Shown here: one piece after another, positions 52,432 to 62,656 of the stretch | How positions within the stretch are numbered: the first letter of the stretch is position 1 | Layout of the letters: each line of letters opens with the position of its first letter | Assembly: GCA_963662285.2 (NCBI GenBank) | Contig: CAXXMV010000002.1 | Location: forward strand, 1,472,001-1,536,000 | Reading direction: 5' to 3' | DNA length: 64,000 nucleotides | Source of the DNA: a bacterium | GTDB lineage: Bacteria > Hinthialibacterota > Hinthialibacteria > Hinthialibacterales > Hinthialibacteraceae | The notes under the pieces: model-generated | Told to the model about the DNA's origin: nothing | The model's input: only the letters and a program-made list of their open reading frames with translations | Database searches by the model: none | Translations under genes and position numbers: made by a program

Positions 52432-52731
52432 ATGACTAAGAAGGTATTTTATCTTTCGCTCATTTTATTCGCCTCAATACAGGCGTCCGCTGATATTACT
52501 ATAGTGGCCAATCCAGGCCAATTTGAAAGCATAGAAAAAGCAGCCAATGCAGAAAAACAGGTTGATTTCTGGGATGCGGATTTAACCGATGACCGCGCCT
52601 GCACAGAGTGTTTTGCGGCGTTGGAATTGAAGACCTTCCTGCTCAAATCCCTCTGTGCCAGTTTTTTTCAGCAGAGATCTAGGTTGAATCCTATTTTCTT
52701 TATTTTCCATTTTGAAGAACCTCGGTTATAA
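52432..52731 (+). pseudogene. Short secreted-protein ORF, probably a truncated N-terminal fragment
   Basis: Good signal peptide and ACTECFAALEL segment, then a non-coding-looking tail after about 52646. Confidence 0.45.
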
Positions 52732-52997
52732 ATCTCACGATTATAAGTAAAGCCTATAGAATCTAGAGATTTGATGCAAGAATTCTAGCAATTATTTTAA
52801 ATGTACGGTTAGTTATAATGCATTTTAGATCACTGCTGTCCACGGAAATATATGAATGATCCGAAAACATTGGAAATTTCCAATGTTGGCAAATACATTG
52901 AATACAAATCTAAAAACTATAAAGTCTATGGATAAAATAAGAAACTTGTGACGTGGTTGCATTGATACGATCATTATAAAAGGAGTGACGAACCATC

Positions 52998-54332
52998 ATG
53001 ATGAACCGGCGCCATTTTCTACAGACTTTCGGGGCTTGTAGTATTCTCGCATCTAATCTCATCTTGAACGCAAGCAGCAGTGTGCGAAAATCTAAACGTC
53101 CTCCAAATATTATCGTTATCATGGCGGATGATCTCGGCTTCGGTGATTTATCCTGTTACGGTAACGACTTTATTCAAACACCGAACCTGGACGCGCTGGC
53201 TGGTGGAGGAGTTCGCTTCACGGATTATCATTCCAGTTGTCCCGTATGCAGCCCTACGCGTGCGGGATTGGTCACAGGACGTTATCAGCAGCGTTGTGGA
53301 ATCCCGGAAGTGTTGACCGTCGCAAAACACCGGGATCAAGGCCTATCAACTGACGAAACAACTTTCGCGAAAGTATTTAAAAAGGCAGGATATTCAACTG
53401 GACTGTTCGGAAAATGGCATCTGGGATATAAACCGGAATTCAATCCGGTGAACCATGGCTTCGATGAGTTCCGGGGATACCTGAGCGGCAATGTCGATTA
53501 TATTTCCCACATAGATCAAAGCGGAGTCTATGATTGGCGGCATAATGATAAACTCGTTGAAGAAGAGGGTTATACAACTCATTTGATCACTAAGCACTCT
53601 GTGCAATTTATAGAAGAGCATAAATCGAAACCGTTTTGCATCTACGTTGCTCACGAAGCGCCTCATTACCCATACCAAGGGCCGGAAGATAAAGCTGATC
53701 GAACCGTCGATGGTGATTTTTTATCTCACGGAAGCCGGAAAGATGTCGCCAATGCCTATAAAACCATGGTCGAAGAAATGGATCATGGTATTGGACAGAT
53801 CGTAAAAAAATTGCGTGAACACGATATCGAGAAAGATACGCTGATCTTTTTCTGTTCCGATAACGGCGCGACAAAGGCTGGTTCCAACGGGCTGCTACGA
53901 GGCTATAAAGGCGCATTATGGGAAGGCGGGCACCGTGTTCCAGCCATTGCTTATTGGCCGGGGAGCATCGCACCAGGTCGAATCTGTGGAGAGGCGGCAA
54001 TCAGCCTGGATGTCTTTCCAACCATTGCTTCAGCCGCGAAGTTGCAACTACCCGAATCACTATATCTGGATGGGGTGGATCTCATGCCTGAATTGCTTTC
54101 AGACCGGGGAATCCCTAATCGAACACTTTTCTGGGCATTTAAAAATCAGAAGGCAGTACGCCAAGGGTCATGGAAACTTGTTGTAACTCAAAAAGAAAAC
54201 ATGGAAAAAATTGAACTGTTTAATCTAAGCAATGATTTAGAAGAAAAGCATAATCTCTCAGGAAAAGAATCCGCAATACTCAAATCTTTATTGTCAGATT
54301 TAAGCAAATGGATCAAAGATGTTGCTTCATGA
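52998..54332 (+). CDS. Tat-exported formylglycine-dependent sulfatase (arylsulfatase A-like)
   Basis: RRHFL Tat motif, ADDLG, CSPTRAGLVTGR, GKWHLG, SDNG. Confidence 0.93.
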   Translation: MMNRRHFLQTFGACSILASNLILNASSSVRKSKRPPNIIVIMADDLGFGDLSCYGNDFIQTPNLDALAGGGVRFTDYHSSCPVCSPTRAGLVTGRYQQRCGIPEVLTVAKHRDQGLSTDETTFAKVFKKAGYSTGLFGKWHLGYKPEFNPVNHGFDEFRGYLSGNVDYISHIDQSGVYDWRHNDKLVEEEGYTTHLITKHSVQFIEEHKSKPFCIYVAHEAPHYPYQGPEDKADRTVDGDFLSHGSRKDVANAYKTMVEEMDHGIGQIVKKLREHDIEKDTLIFFCSDNGATKAGSNGLLRGYKGALWEGGHRVPAIAYWPGSIAPGRICGEAAISLDVFPTIASAAKLQLPESLYLDGVDLMPELLSDRGIPNRTLFWAFKNQKAVRQGSWKLVVTQKENMEKIELFNLSNDLEEKHNLSGKESAILKSLLSDLSKWIKDVAS

Positions 54333-54484
54333 TCTGATAAACCTTCTCAATAGAAAAATAAATTGTACGGATGTGCAATTTTGGCCTGGTTTTTGCCCTT
54401 TAACGTTTTTAATTCTTACATTTTATGACGTTGTCAGTAATGAATTTAGATTGACAATCGATCAAAACGAAAGGGAGATTTATT

Positions 54485-55099
54485 ATGAATACATCTACAA
54501 AACAAGAAAAAACAAGATGTTACGGTGAAGCAATTCATCCTCCTGAATGGGAAAATTTGTTAAAAGACGTTGCAATCGACCGTTCAAAAAATGAAAACAC
54601 ACTTGATCCTCTCTTGATGGACATGCTCTATGCAAAAGATGACATGATTGAATTGCTGGATCGTTTTGTAGATTCCAACTGGGAAGATGAAAGCATTCAA
54701 AAGATCGAATTGGTGCGCAAAATTGCCATAAATAAGTTAAAAGGCGTATCGCGTTACTGCATTTTACTGACGTTAATGACTGGCGCCGGACCCAAGCGTA
54801 TAGCGGAAATTCTGGGCAATGTATCTGTGGAAAATGTACAACGTATGTTGACTAAAGGAATCGATACTATCAAAAAATGTCTTGCCGATAATTTCGGTGA
54901 TTTCCCCGTTGGCAAGGGTACCAGGCCGCCTATTCGCGCTTGCCTTTTTCCTTTGGATACTCCAGAAGAGAAGAAGCAATTCACGGCTTTTCTAAACGAG
55001 CATACTATTATGCATGTCTCTTATCGCGGTGATGATATTTTCAGGGAAGCGCTGGTAATCTTTTTGACTGGTAAACCTGCGCGAAGGTCTTTGCACTGA
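54485..55099 (+). CDS. Hypothetical protein with possible sigma region 4-like HTH
   Basis: GGGAG RBS; GPKRIAEILGNVSVENVQRMLTKG resembles an HTH. Confidence 0.55.
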   Translation: MNTSTKQEKTRCYGEAIHPPEWENLLKDVAIDRSKNENTLDPLLMDMLYAKDDMIELLDRFVDSNWEDESIQKIELVRKIAINKLKGVSRYCILLTLMTGAGPKRIAEILGNVSVENVQRMLTKGIDTIKKCLADNFGDFPVGKGTRPPIRACLFPLDTPEEKKQFTAFLNEHTIMHVSYRGDDIFREALVIFLTGKPARRSLH

Positions 55100-55408
55100 T
55101 ATTCTTGTTGATCATCCTGAAAACGGCGGTTAATTTTGAAGATTTAATCTAACTGCTGTTTTCAGGTTCATTCATAACCATAAGTTGGTAGGCGTCTTTT
55201 ATATTCTCTTCCAATTATTCCAAGGTTTCGCCCTGAGTCATTATTTCGGGATACTCTTTTAATTTTCCCAGCCAGAAACGATCATCTTTCCAATAAATCA
55301 GGGTATAGTTATGCACGGCGAATATTCCTTAACAAAGCATTATTTCTTATATCAACCCATGTGATAATGCATCAAAATTAAAAAAAAAGTAGGATTTAAT
55401 CGCAGGAA

Positions 55409-56173
55409 TTACAAATCTTTGCTTTCTTCTGATTTCAGTTGTCCGCATTCGGGGCCTCTGGCGCCGCAATTCTGGCAAACCCAGGTTTCTTCAAATTGTG
55501 AAAAAAGGAAAAGCCCGACTGCAACGGCAGGGATGCCAATCAAGGCGTAAAAGGAGAACACCAGTCCGCACGATATAGCAATGCCAATGAAGACAATTCC
55601 TAAGGATAACTGGGGATTATAAATTGGGCGTCGCTCTTTTTCGATTAAACCATCGCAACACATACAAGGAGGGAATTCCGACTTGACTGGTTCTTTCTTT
55701 ACAGTCGTTTCGTCTTCCAGATTTGGAGGAGGATCACCGCTGGGCTCTACCGTATTTTGTTCTTCAGTAACTTCATCTTGATCGGCTTCGATCTTTTCGA
55801 ACTCAGATTCCTCAAACTCGTCATCCTGATCGTCTTCACCATTTTCTGTGTTTTCTTGCAGCTCCACATCCGGCTCTTCGCCTGAAATTATTTTGTTGAA
55901 GACCGGATCTTCATGTAATGCATTGAATTCCCGATCTTCGCTGGCCCAGTCTATACAGTGTGGATTCAGTTTAGCTGCGCGGCTCAGATACATTATGGCT
56001 TTATCTTTATCGCCGGTCATGGAGTAGCAACACGACAAATTGTATAAAGCTTCCGAATATTCAGGATTCTCCATAATGGCTTCTTCGAAATAGGTCGAAG
56101 CCTGGCTGTAACTTTCCTTGTGGAAAAAGTTCAGGCCTTGCTCAAAATGAAACCGGGACTTGTTCTTTGACAT
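55409..56173 (-). CDS. TPR - acidic linker - CxxC/hydrophobic hairpin/CxxC protein
   Basis: EALYNLSCCY TPR, D/E-rich linker, CMCC..hydrophobic stretch..CQNC. Confidence 0.75.
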   Translation of the reverse strand: MSKNKSRFHFEQGLNFFHKESYSQASTYFEEAIMENPEYSEALYNLSCCYSMTGDKDKAIMYLSRAAKLNPHCIDWASEDREFNALHEDPVFNKIISGEEPDVELQENTENGEDDQDDEFEESEFEKIEADQDEVTEEQNTVEPSGDPPPNLEDETTVKKEPVKSEFPPCMCCDGLIEKERRPIYNPQLSLGIVFIGIAISCGLVFSFYALIGIPAVAVGLFLFSQFEETWVCQNCGARGPECGQLKSEESKDL

Positions 56174-56468
56174 TTTAATCTACGTGGATTTACTGAGTCC
56201 ATTTTTATTGTTTCTTTAGACTCTTGTCTATCATCCACCTACTCCTGATTCCCCATCGAAATAAATAAATAGATTAACATCGTAATGAAAATCGTTGCAA
56301 TAATTCATTACGTTAGAATAATACTAGCATAGATAACAAGAGGTTCAAGAAAAAAATAAATTATTATTCATGTAATTATTAATTGTCGCTGGATGATAAT
56401 AAGTAGTTAATTTATATAGGCTTTCGGAAATCCTCTATGAAAAAGAATAAAAAAAATCAAAAAAAGTC

Positions 56469-56520
56469 TTGACACCACAATATGTAGGGGTTATCTTTTT
56501 GTTCCCTACTATAAATTGAT
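56469..56520 (+). promoter_or_regulatory. nrdJ promoter overlapping NrdR box(es)
   Basis: TTGACA (56469), 17 nt, TATCTT (56492); CCACAATATGTAGGGG at 56475 resembles the NrdR box; weaker second box near 56506. Confidence 0.65.
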
Positions 56521-56596
56521 GGTTGCTATTTAGGGGTTATTTCTTCTTTGCTTTTCAGCGGAAATCAGTCAATTGCCCATAAAGGAGATTATTGGC

Positions 56597-59419
56597 ATGG
56601 CTTTGGTCGATTCAAACCGTATTACTAACGAGCAGAAACATGAAATTGAGAATAAAGATATGAGCGCTTCGACATCCACTGAAGGTAAAGGATTGCACTT
56701 TCGGCGTATCTATACTCAAGAGGGCGTTGATCCGTTTTCTACAGTTGAGTGGGAGTATCGCGATGCTTTGATAGCTGGCGAAAAAGGGGAAACGATTTTC
56801 GAACAAAAAAATGTTGAATTTCCCAAAGCATGGTCGCAATTGGCTGCTAATGTAGTTGTTTCTAAATATTTCCGTGGACAAAACGGTACGAACAATAGAG
56901 AAAATAGCGTCAGGCAACTCATATCCCGTGTAGCGGATACGATTGTCTCCTGGGGCGAGCGGCAGAAATATTTTGCATCTGAGCGGGATCGCGACGCCTT
57001 TCATGATGAATTAGTCTATCTGCTGTTGCATCAACATGCTTCTTTCAATAGCCCTGTGTGGTTCAATGTCGGCGTCGAAAAGGAACCGCAATGTTCCGCA
57101 TGTTTTATTAATTCTGTAGAAGATACTATGGAATCAATCCTGGAATTGGCTAAAACTGAGGGCATGTTGTTCAAATATGGTTCCGGCGCCGGGGCTAATT
57201 TATCTCCGATTCGCTCTTCCAAGGAACTGCTGCATGGTGGAGGAACCGCTTCTGGCCCAGTATCATTCATGAAGGGTTATGATGCTTTCGCCGGGGTTAT
57301 CAAGTCTGGCGGCAAGACGCGTCGCGCCGCCAAAATGGTGATCTTAAACGCAGATCACCCCGATATCATCGATTTCATCCAATCGAAATCCAAGGAAGAA
57401 AAGAAAGCCTGGTCGCTGATCGATATGGGCTATGATGGCTCCTTCAACGGCGAGGCTTACAACTCGGTATTCTTTCAGAACGCCAACCATAGCGTCCGGG
57501 TTACAGATGAATTCATGAAATCAGTCGAAAATGACGGTGATTGGCATACTCGCTATGTTGCGAGTAATGAATTATGCGATACTCATAAGGCGCGCGAAAT
57601 TATGAGCATGATCGCCGAAGGAACGCATCTCTGCGGCGACCCGGGGATGCAATTTGATTCTACCGTCAACCGTTGGCATACCTGTCCTAACTCTGACCGC
57701 ATCAATGCTTCCAACCCATGCTCAGAATATATGTTTCTGGATGATACCGCCTGTAATCTGGCTTCTCTTAACCTGATGAAATATCAGAATGAGGATAGTA
57801 CGTTTGATGCGGATAAATTCAGGTATTCGGTTGATATAATGATAACGGCGCAGGAAATCATTATCGATAACGCCAGTTATCCAACCGAGAAGATCGGCGA
57901 AAATAGCCACCTATACCGTACTCTAGGCTTGGGCTACGCCAATTTGGGCGCCTTGATCATGGCTAGCGGTTACGCCTACGACAGCGAATCAGGCCGTACT
58001 TACGCTTCTGTCATCACATCGCTGCTCTGCGGTGAATCCTACGCCCAGAGCGCCCGCATCGCCCGTGAGATGCAGCCTTTCTCTGAATTTGCGATTAATC
58101 GCGAGCCGATGCTCAAAGTGATCGATATGCACCGCAAAGCCACCTATGATATAAATGCTGATAATGAGCATTCATACCTGCGTGACGAGGCCATTAAAGC
58201 CTGGGATAGCGCTTACGAACTGGGCGAACAGCATGGCTACCGCAACGCCCAGGTTACGGTTCTGGCCCCTACCGGAACCATCGCATTTATGATGGATTGC
58301 GACACCACCGGCATTGAACCGGATATCGCATTGGTTAAATACAAAAATCTGGTTGGCGGCGGAGCTCTCAAAATCATCAACAACACCGTACCTCGTTCAC
58401 TTGACCGATTGGGCTACTCAAAAGATGACAAAGAAAAAATCTTAGCCTATATCGCAGAAAACGACACCATCGAAGGCGCGCCGCAACTTAAACAGGAACA
58501 TCTTTCGGTATTCGATTGCGCCTTCAAACCATCTAAAGGCGAGCGTTCAATTAAATACATGGGGCATATTCGTATGATGGGCGCCGTCCAGCCATTCATA
58601 TCCGGCGCCATATCCAAGACCGTCAATCTTCCCACTGAAGCAACCGCCAAAGAAATCGAGAAAGTTTATCTCGAATCATGGAAACTGGGCTTAAAAGCGG
58701 TGGCGGTTTACCGGGATGGCTGCAAGCGGACTCAACCGCTGAACACCAGCAGTAACGCCGCTATGAAAGAAGCCAGCGATGCTCGCGCCAATTCCGTAAC
58801 TGATGCGACGCCGAAGCCTTACCGCTGGCGGTTGCCGGATGAGCGCTATGCCATTACTCATAAATTCAGCGTGGGCGGTCATGAAGGATATATTACGGTC
58901 GGCCTTTATCCTGAAGGTCAGCCGGGTGAGATTTTCCTGACCATGGCCAAAGAGGGAACTGTGGTATCGGGTATGATGGACGCTTTTGCTACAGCGGTTT
59001 CGCTATCCCTGCAATATGGCGTGCCCCTGAAAGTTCTGGTCAATAAATTCGCCCATACCCGATTTGAACCATCCGGTTTTACCGGCAATCCGGAAATCCC
59101 TATCGCCAAATCTATTACGGACTATATTTTCCGCTGGCTGGCTTCCAAATTTCTCTCTGATGAAGACCGCAAAATTGTGGGCATAATCGACCGCGGCGTA
59201 AAGAATGGCATTGATCTGAGCCAGGATAATTTCCCCGTTCCTGATTTGAATAATAAACTTGATTCTAAATCTACTGCTGGAGTAGGTAATTCAACTAAAG
59301 CATTCGCTTTCGAAACCCAGACCGACGCGCCCCCCTGCCATGAATGCGGCTCAATGATGGTGCGCAATGGATCGTGCTACAAATGCCTGAACTGCGGAGC
59401 AACCAGCGGCTGCTCGTGA
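56597..59419 (+). CDS. nrdJ: Class II (B12-dependent) ribonucleotide reductase
   Basis: FNSP, QCSACF, ASNPCSEY, ACNLAS, APTGTI, YRDG; C-terminal TSCPD domain and CxxC..CxxC..GCS tail; AAGGAG RBS. Confidence 0.96.
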   Translation: MALVDSNRITNEQKHEIENKDMSASTSTEGKGLHFRRIYTQEGVDPFSTVEWEYRDALIAGEKGETIFEQKNVEFPKAWSQLAANVVVSKYFRGQNGTNNRENSVRQLISRVADTIVSWGERQKYFASERDRDAFHDELVYLLLHQHASFNSPVWFNVGVEKEPQCSACFINSVEDTMESILELAKTEGMLFKYGSGAGANLSPIRSSKELLHGGGTASGPVSFMKGYDAFAGVIKSGGKTRRAAKMVILNADHPDIIDFIQSKSKEEKKAWSLIDMGYDGSFNGEAYNSVFFQNANHSVRVTDEFMKSVENDGDWHTRYVASNELCDTHKAREIMSMIAEGTHLCGDPGMQFDSTVNRWHTCPNSDRINASNPCSEYMFLDDTACNLASLNLMKYQNEDSTFDADKFRYSVDIMITAQEIIIDNASYPTEKIGENSHLYRTLGLGYANLGALIMASGYAYDSESGRTYASVITSLLCGESYAQSARIAREMQPFSEFAINREPMLKVIDMHRKATYDINADNEHSYLRDEAIKAWDSAYELGEQHGYRNAQVTVLAPTGTIAFMMDCDTTGIEPDIALVKYKNLVGGGALKIINNTVPRSLDRLGYSKDDKEKILAYIAENDTIEGAPQLKQEHLSVFDCAFKPSKGERSIKYMGHIRMMGAVQPFISGAISKTVNLPTEATAKEIEKVYLESWKLGLKAVAVYRDGCKRTQPLNTSSNAAMKEASDARANSVTDATPKPYRWRLPDERYAITHKFSVGGHEGYITVGLYPEGQPGEIFLTMAKEGTVVSGMMDAFATAVSLSLQYGVPLKVLVNKFAHTRFEPSGFTGNPEIPIAKSITDYIFRWLASKFLSDEDRKIVGIIDRGVKNGIDLSQDNFPVPDLNNKLDSKSTAGVGNSTKAFAFETQTDAPPCHECGSMMVRNGSCYKCLNCGATSGCS

Positions 59420-59451
59420 TGAGGAGAATATTTTTTGTGGATTAGCTTCAT

Positions 59452-59535
59452 GTAGGGGCGCCTCTCGTGGGCGCCCGATCTATCGATTGGCGTAGGCAAC
59501 CAATAGATCGGGCAACTACAAGGAATTGCCTCTAC
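59452..59535. repeat. REPIN-like inverted pair of GTAG REPs between convergent genes
   Basis: GTAGGGGCG..GCCCGATCTAT / ATAGATCGGGC..GCCTCTAC forms one long imperfect hairpin. Confidence 0.75.
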
Positions 59536-59657
59536 GAGGATAGTGCACATAGAATATTTGGAGAGAATTCGGTTGATTTTGCAGACATTTTAGACCATCC
59601 CGCCTGCTATTATTATTCATAATTCACCAACTTTATAATCATATTTAATATTGTATA

Positions 59658-60872
59658 TTATCCAAAGGCTATTATCCCTTTTTTGCCCGGCGTAATTTTC
59701 CCTAAAACTACTGCATGATCGGCGCCGGTTACTTGTGGGATGTTGGCTGGTATGCCGCACAAGGTTGAGAAGGCCAGGATCGCGAAACCTATTGCTTCTT
59801 TGGCGTCGGATGAGACGCCGTACTTTTCTATACTTTGCCAGCGTAATGCAGGGCATAGGGTTTGCAGGCGTTGCATCAAGAACTCATTTTTTACTCCTCC
59901 CCCGCTGATAATAACTTCTCTAGGCGACCCGTGAGGGAAAATGAATCTACGATAGGCGCCGGTAATGGATTGCGCCGTCAATTCACATGCAGTGGCCAGG
60001 ATATCCTCCAGCGGTTTTCCCGCGGCTTGGCTTAAAAACTGCTGTACGAATTGTTCGCCAAAATCCTCATGTCCGGTGGCTTTGGGTGGTGTTTTTTCAA
60101 AGAAAGGATGCTTCAGAGAGTCTTCTAAAAGTTGTGGAATAACGCTTCCACTTTTTGCCAGTTCGCCATTTTTATCGTAGCGTGCTCCTTTTATCATCTT
60201 TTGCACAATCAAATCCATGACCATATTTCCAGGGCCGCTGTCGAATGCTATGATGCCGCCGTCCTTTTGAATTAATGTACAGTTAGCGATCCCCCCGATA
60301 TTTTGACATAACACATCCTGATCGTTTTGCGCAAACAGAAATGCGTCGACAAACGGAATCAATGGCGCCCCGACTCCCCCCGCCGCCATATCGCTCATCC
60401 GGAAATCACCCACAGTCATCACGCCTGTTCTTTCAGCAATAACGCAGGGGTCGCCAATCTGCAAAGTCGAAGGTTTCAGCCAGCCGCGTGATTTATTGGT
60501 TGTGGGGATGTGGAAAATGGTTTGTCCGTGCGAGCCGATAAAATCCACCTTGCTTAAATCAACCTTCGCTTTCGCCGCAACATCTATAGCCGCCTCTGCA
60601 AACAATTCTCCCATTTCAAAATTGAGTTGGCAGATCAACTCAGCATTGGATCGTTGTGGATCAATGGCCTCCTGCAAACGTCGGCGCAAATGAGATGGAA
60701 TGGGCGTTTCCTGATAGGCGACCAGTTTAATCCGTTGATTACTGCAAGGTGAAATAGATACTAATGCAGCGTCGACTGCATCCATTGAGGTGCCCGACAT
60801 CAGCCCGATAGCCAAAACAGGCGAATCCAGTTTAATATCTCTCAATTGCTGATAGGCTGTTAACATTATCAT
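59658..60872 (-). CDS. anmK: Anhydro-N-acetylmuramic acid kinase
   Basis: GLMSGTSMD, GSHGQT, DFR..GGVGAPL, NIGGIAN, FDSGPGN, KEAIGFA. Confidence 0.95.
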   Translation of the reverse strand: MIMLTAYQQLRDIKLDSPVLAIGLMSGTSMDAVDAALVSISPCSNQRIKLVAYQETPIPSHLRRRLQEAIDPQRSNAELICQLNFEMGELFAEAAIDVAAKAKVDLSKVDFIGSHGQTIFHIPTTNKSRGWLKPSTLQIGDPCVIAERTGVMTVGDFRMSDMAAGGVGAPLIPFVDAFLFAQNDQDVLCQNIGGIANCTLIQKDGGIIAFDSGPGNMVMDLIVQKMIKGARYDKNGELAKSGSVIPQLLEDSLKHPFFEKTPPKATGHEDFGEQFVQQFLSQAAGKPLEDILATACELTAQSITGAYRRFIFPHGSPREVIISGGGVKNEFLMQRLQTLCPALRWQSIEKYGVSSDAKEAIGFAILAFSTLCGIPANIPQVTGADHAVVLGKITPGKKGIIAFG

Positions 60873-60998
60873 TGCCGTGATTCTTTCAAGAATATAAAAG
60901 CTTTTGATTATTGAATTATGATATGATAAAACACAATATTGAATTTTATAACCAATGATATTAAATAATGATGCACCCTATTTACGGGAGGGTAAATT

Positions 60999-62525
60999 AT
61001 GAAAAAGCAATCTAGGATAACAATACGGTTTTCTTTTATGCTTATATTTATGGCTGCTATGTATGCGTCAAGCGCGTTGTGCGCCCAGATGGTGGTAGAC
61101 CATAGCGGCGGCGGTGATTATGAATCCCTCAGCGCGGCTGTAGCGGACGCGCTCATTAATAACGGACCGGATGAGATTATCGTGAAACCGGGCGTCTATG
61201 TTGATGAGCAGAACGTCGGCGAAATTCTCTATTTTACCGGCGCTGATGATATCACCATCCGGGGAGAAGACCCTGCTGATCGTCCCATCATTGTCGTTGA
61301 ACCTAATCACGAAAATTCTGCAGCCGATAGCGTTGACGGCGTTATCATTCAAATGGGAGGGCAATTGACTTTTGAAAATTTGATTTTTGTACCTTCAGAG
61401 AATTTCACCATGGATAACGGGGTTGATGACCTCATCGCCGTCTTCAATGCGGAAGCCGAAGGAAATCAGTCTTGGCTTGAATTAACTTTCAGAAATGTTG
61501 TGATAACTCATTCAGACTTTGATAACCAACCCGTGACCACTGATGGCTTTGACGATCCCCGCTATTGGGATAACACCTTGCGGGATGACGCCATTAATAT
61601 AGATGTCAGCGCTGCACCCAATGATCACATCGATCTTCTTTTAGATAATGTCGTCATTACCGGTTATGGAACCGCTTCAGACTCGGATGCCTTGGTGCTG
61701 GATGGACCGGAAATCGTAGCCAGGATTACCGAAGGCTCGCGCTTCACCTACATTCGCCGACGAGGGATTTATGCTTATTCGGTAAAATATTTGATCATTC
61801 TGGGAACCGATGAAAATCCGGTGCTGATTTATGGAGCGGGAGAAACAATGATCCGCGCTTCAGACGGCTCCAATAACTGGAGTCATCTATGGTGCGTTGG
61901 ATTAAATGAGGGTGATGGTGGCATCAACACGGGTTTCGCCGCAAGGGTTGATCCGAATGGAATCGACTCGCTTGATGCGACCAATTGTATTTTTTCTACG
62001 GCCTTAAGCGATGGGCTATTCATGAATTTCGATTCAGAAGAACCGATTTTATGTGAGTTGCGTAGTTGTACGTTTTACAATGTGCCCGAATTAATTCGCT
62101 TTGGATTCGCCGGCGAACCGGGGCCATCGGCTAACGTCACAATGCGGGTTATCGATACAATCATCGATAACCAGGATTGGACTGCACCCAACGATGGCAC
62201 GTATTGGGCGCCTGAACCGACCGTGGTGCATTACGGCGACGGGGATAACACCTTGGCGCAGCTGACCTTTACAAATCTTGCCTATCGCACTCAGACTTTC
62301 ACTTCGAGCATGAGTGGATCAAGGTCTCCGACGACGGATGGCAACATCATAGAAATGACCGATTTCCAATTCGCCGCAACCGAACTGACCCGTGATAATT
62401 TCTCTGAATTCATGGTGGCGGAGAATAGCGACGCCCTTGCAGGAAAGGGCATCCAAGAGAGTTATCTCGGCGGCGCAAGATCTAAAGCGCACTATACGGA
62501 TATTATGGATTGGTCGATTTATTGA
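60999..62525 (+). CDS. Secreted acidic parallel beta-helix-like protein
   Basis: Signal peptide; GGGDYESLSAAV..EIIVKPGVY pectin-lyase-like N-cap; ends TDIMDWSIY. Confidence 0.7.
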   Translation: MKKQSRITIRFSFMLIFMAAMYASSALCAQMVVDHSGGGDYESLSAAVADALINNGPDEIIVKPGVYVDEQNVGEILYFTGADDITIRGEDPADRPIIVVEPNHENSAADSVDGVIIQMGGQLTFENLIFVPSENFTMDNGVDDLIAVFNAEAEGNQSWLELTFRNVVITHSDFDNQPVTTDGFDDPRYWDNTLRDDAINIDVSAAPNDHIDLLLDNVVITGYGTASDSDALVLDGPEIVARITEGSRFTYIRRRGIYAYSVKYLIILGTDENPVLIYGAGETMIRASDGSNNWSHLWCVGLNEGDGGINTGFAARVDPNGIDSLDATNCIFSTALSDGLFMNFDSEEPILCELRSCTFYNVPELIRFGFAGEPGPSANVTMRVIDTIIDNQDWTAPNDGTYWAPEPTVVHYGDGDNTLAQLTFTNLAYRTQTFTSSMSGSRSPTTDGNIIEMTDFQFAATELTRDNFSEFMVAENSDALAGKGIQESYLGGARSKAHYTDIMDWSIY

Positions 62526-62567
62526 TGGGTAATTTATTGAGTTTGATTGTTGAATTAATTCAACTAA

Positions 62568-62602
62568 GCCCTCTGCTTCCATTTGACTCGGGAGCAGAGG
62601 GC
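62568..62602 (+). terminator. Hairpin terminator candidate
   Basis: GCCCTCTGCTTCC-loop-GGGAGCAGAGGGC. Confidence 0.55.
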
Positions 62603-62656
62603 CAGTAATTTATGGTTGTTTGTTTTTACATCTATGGAATACTTTAAGGTGAATAA

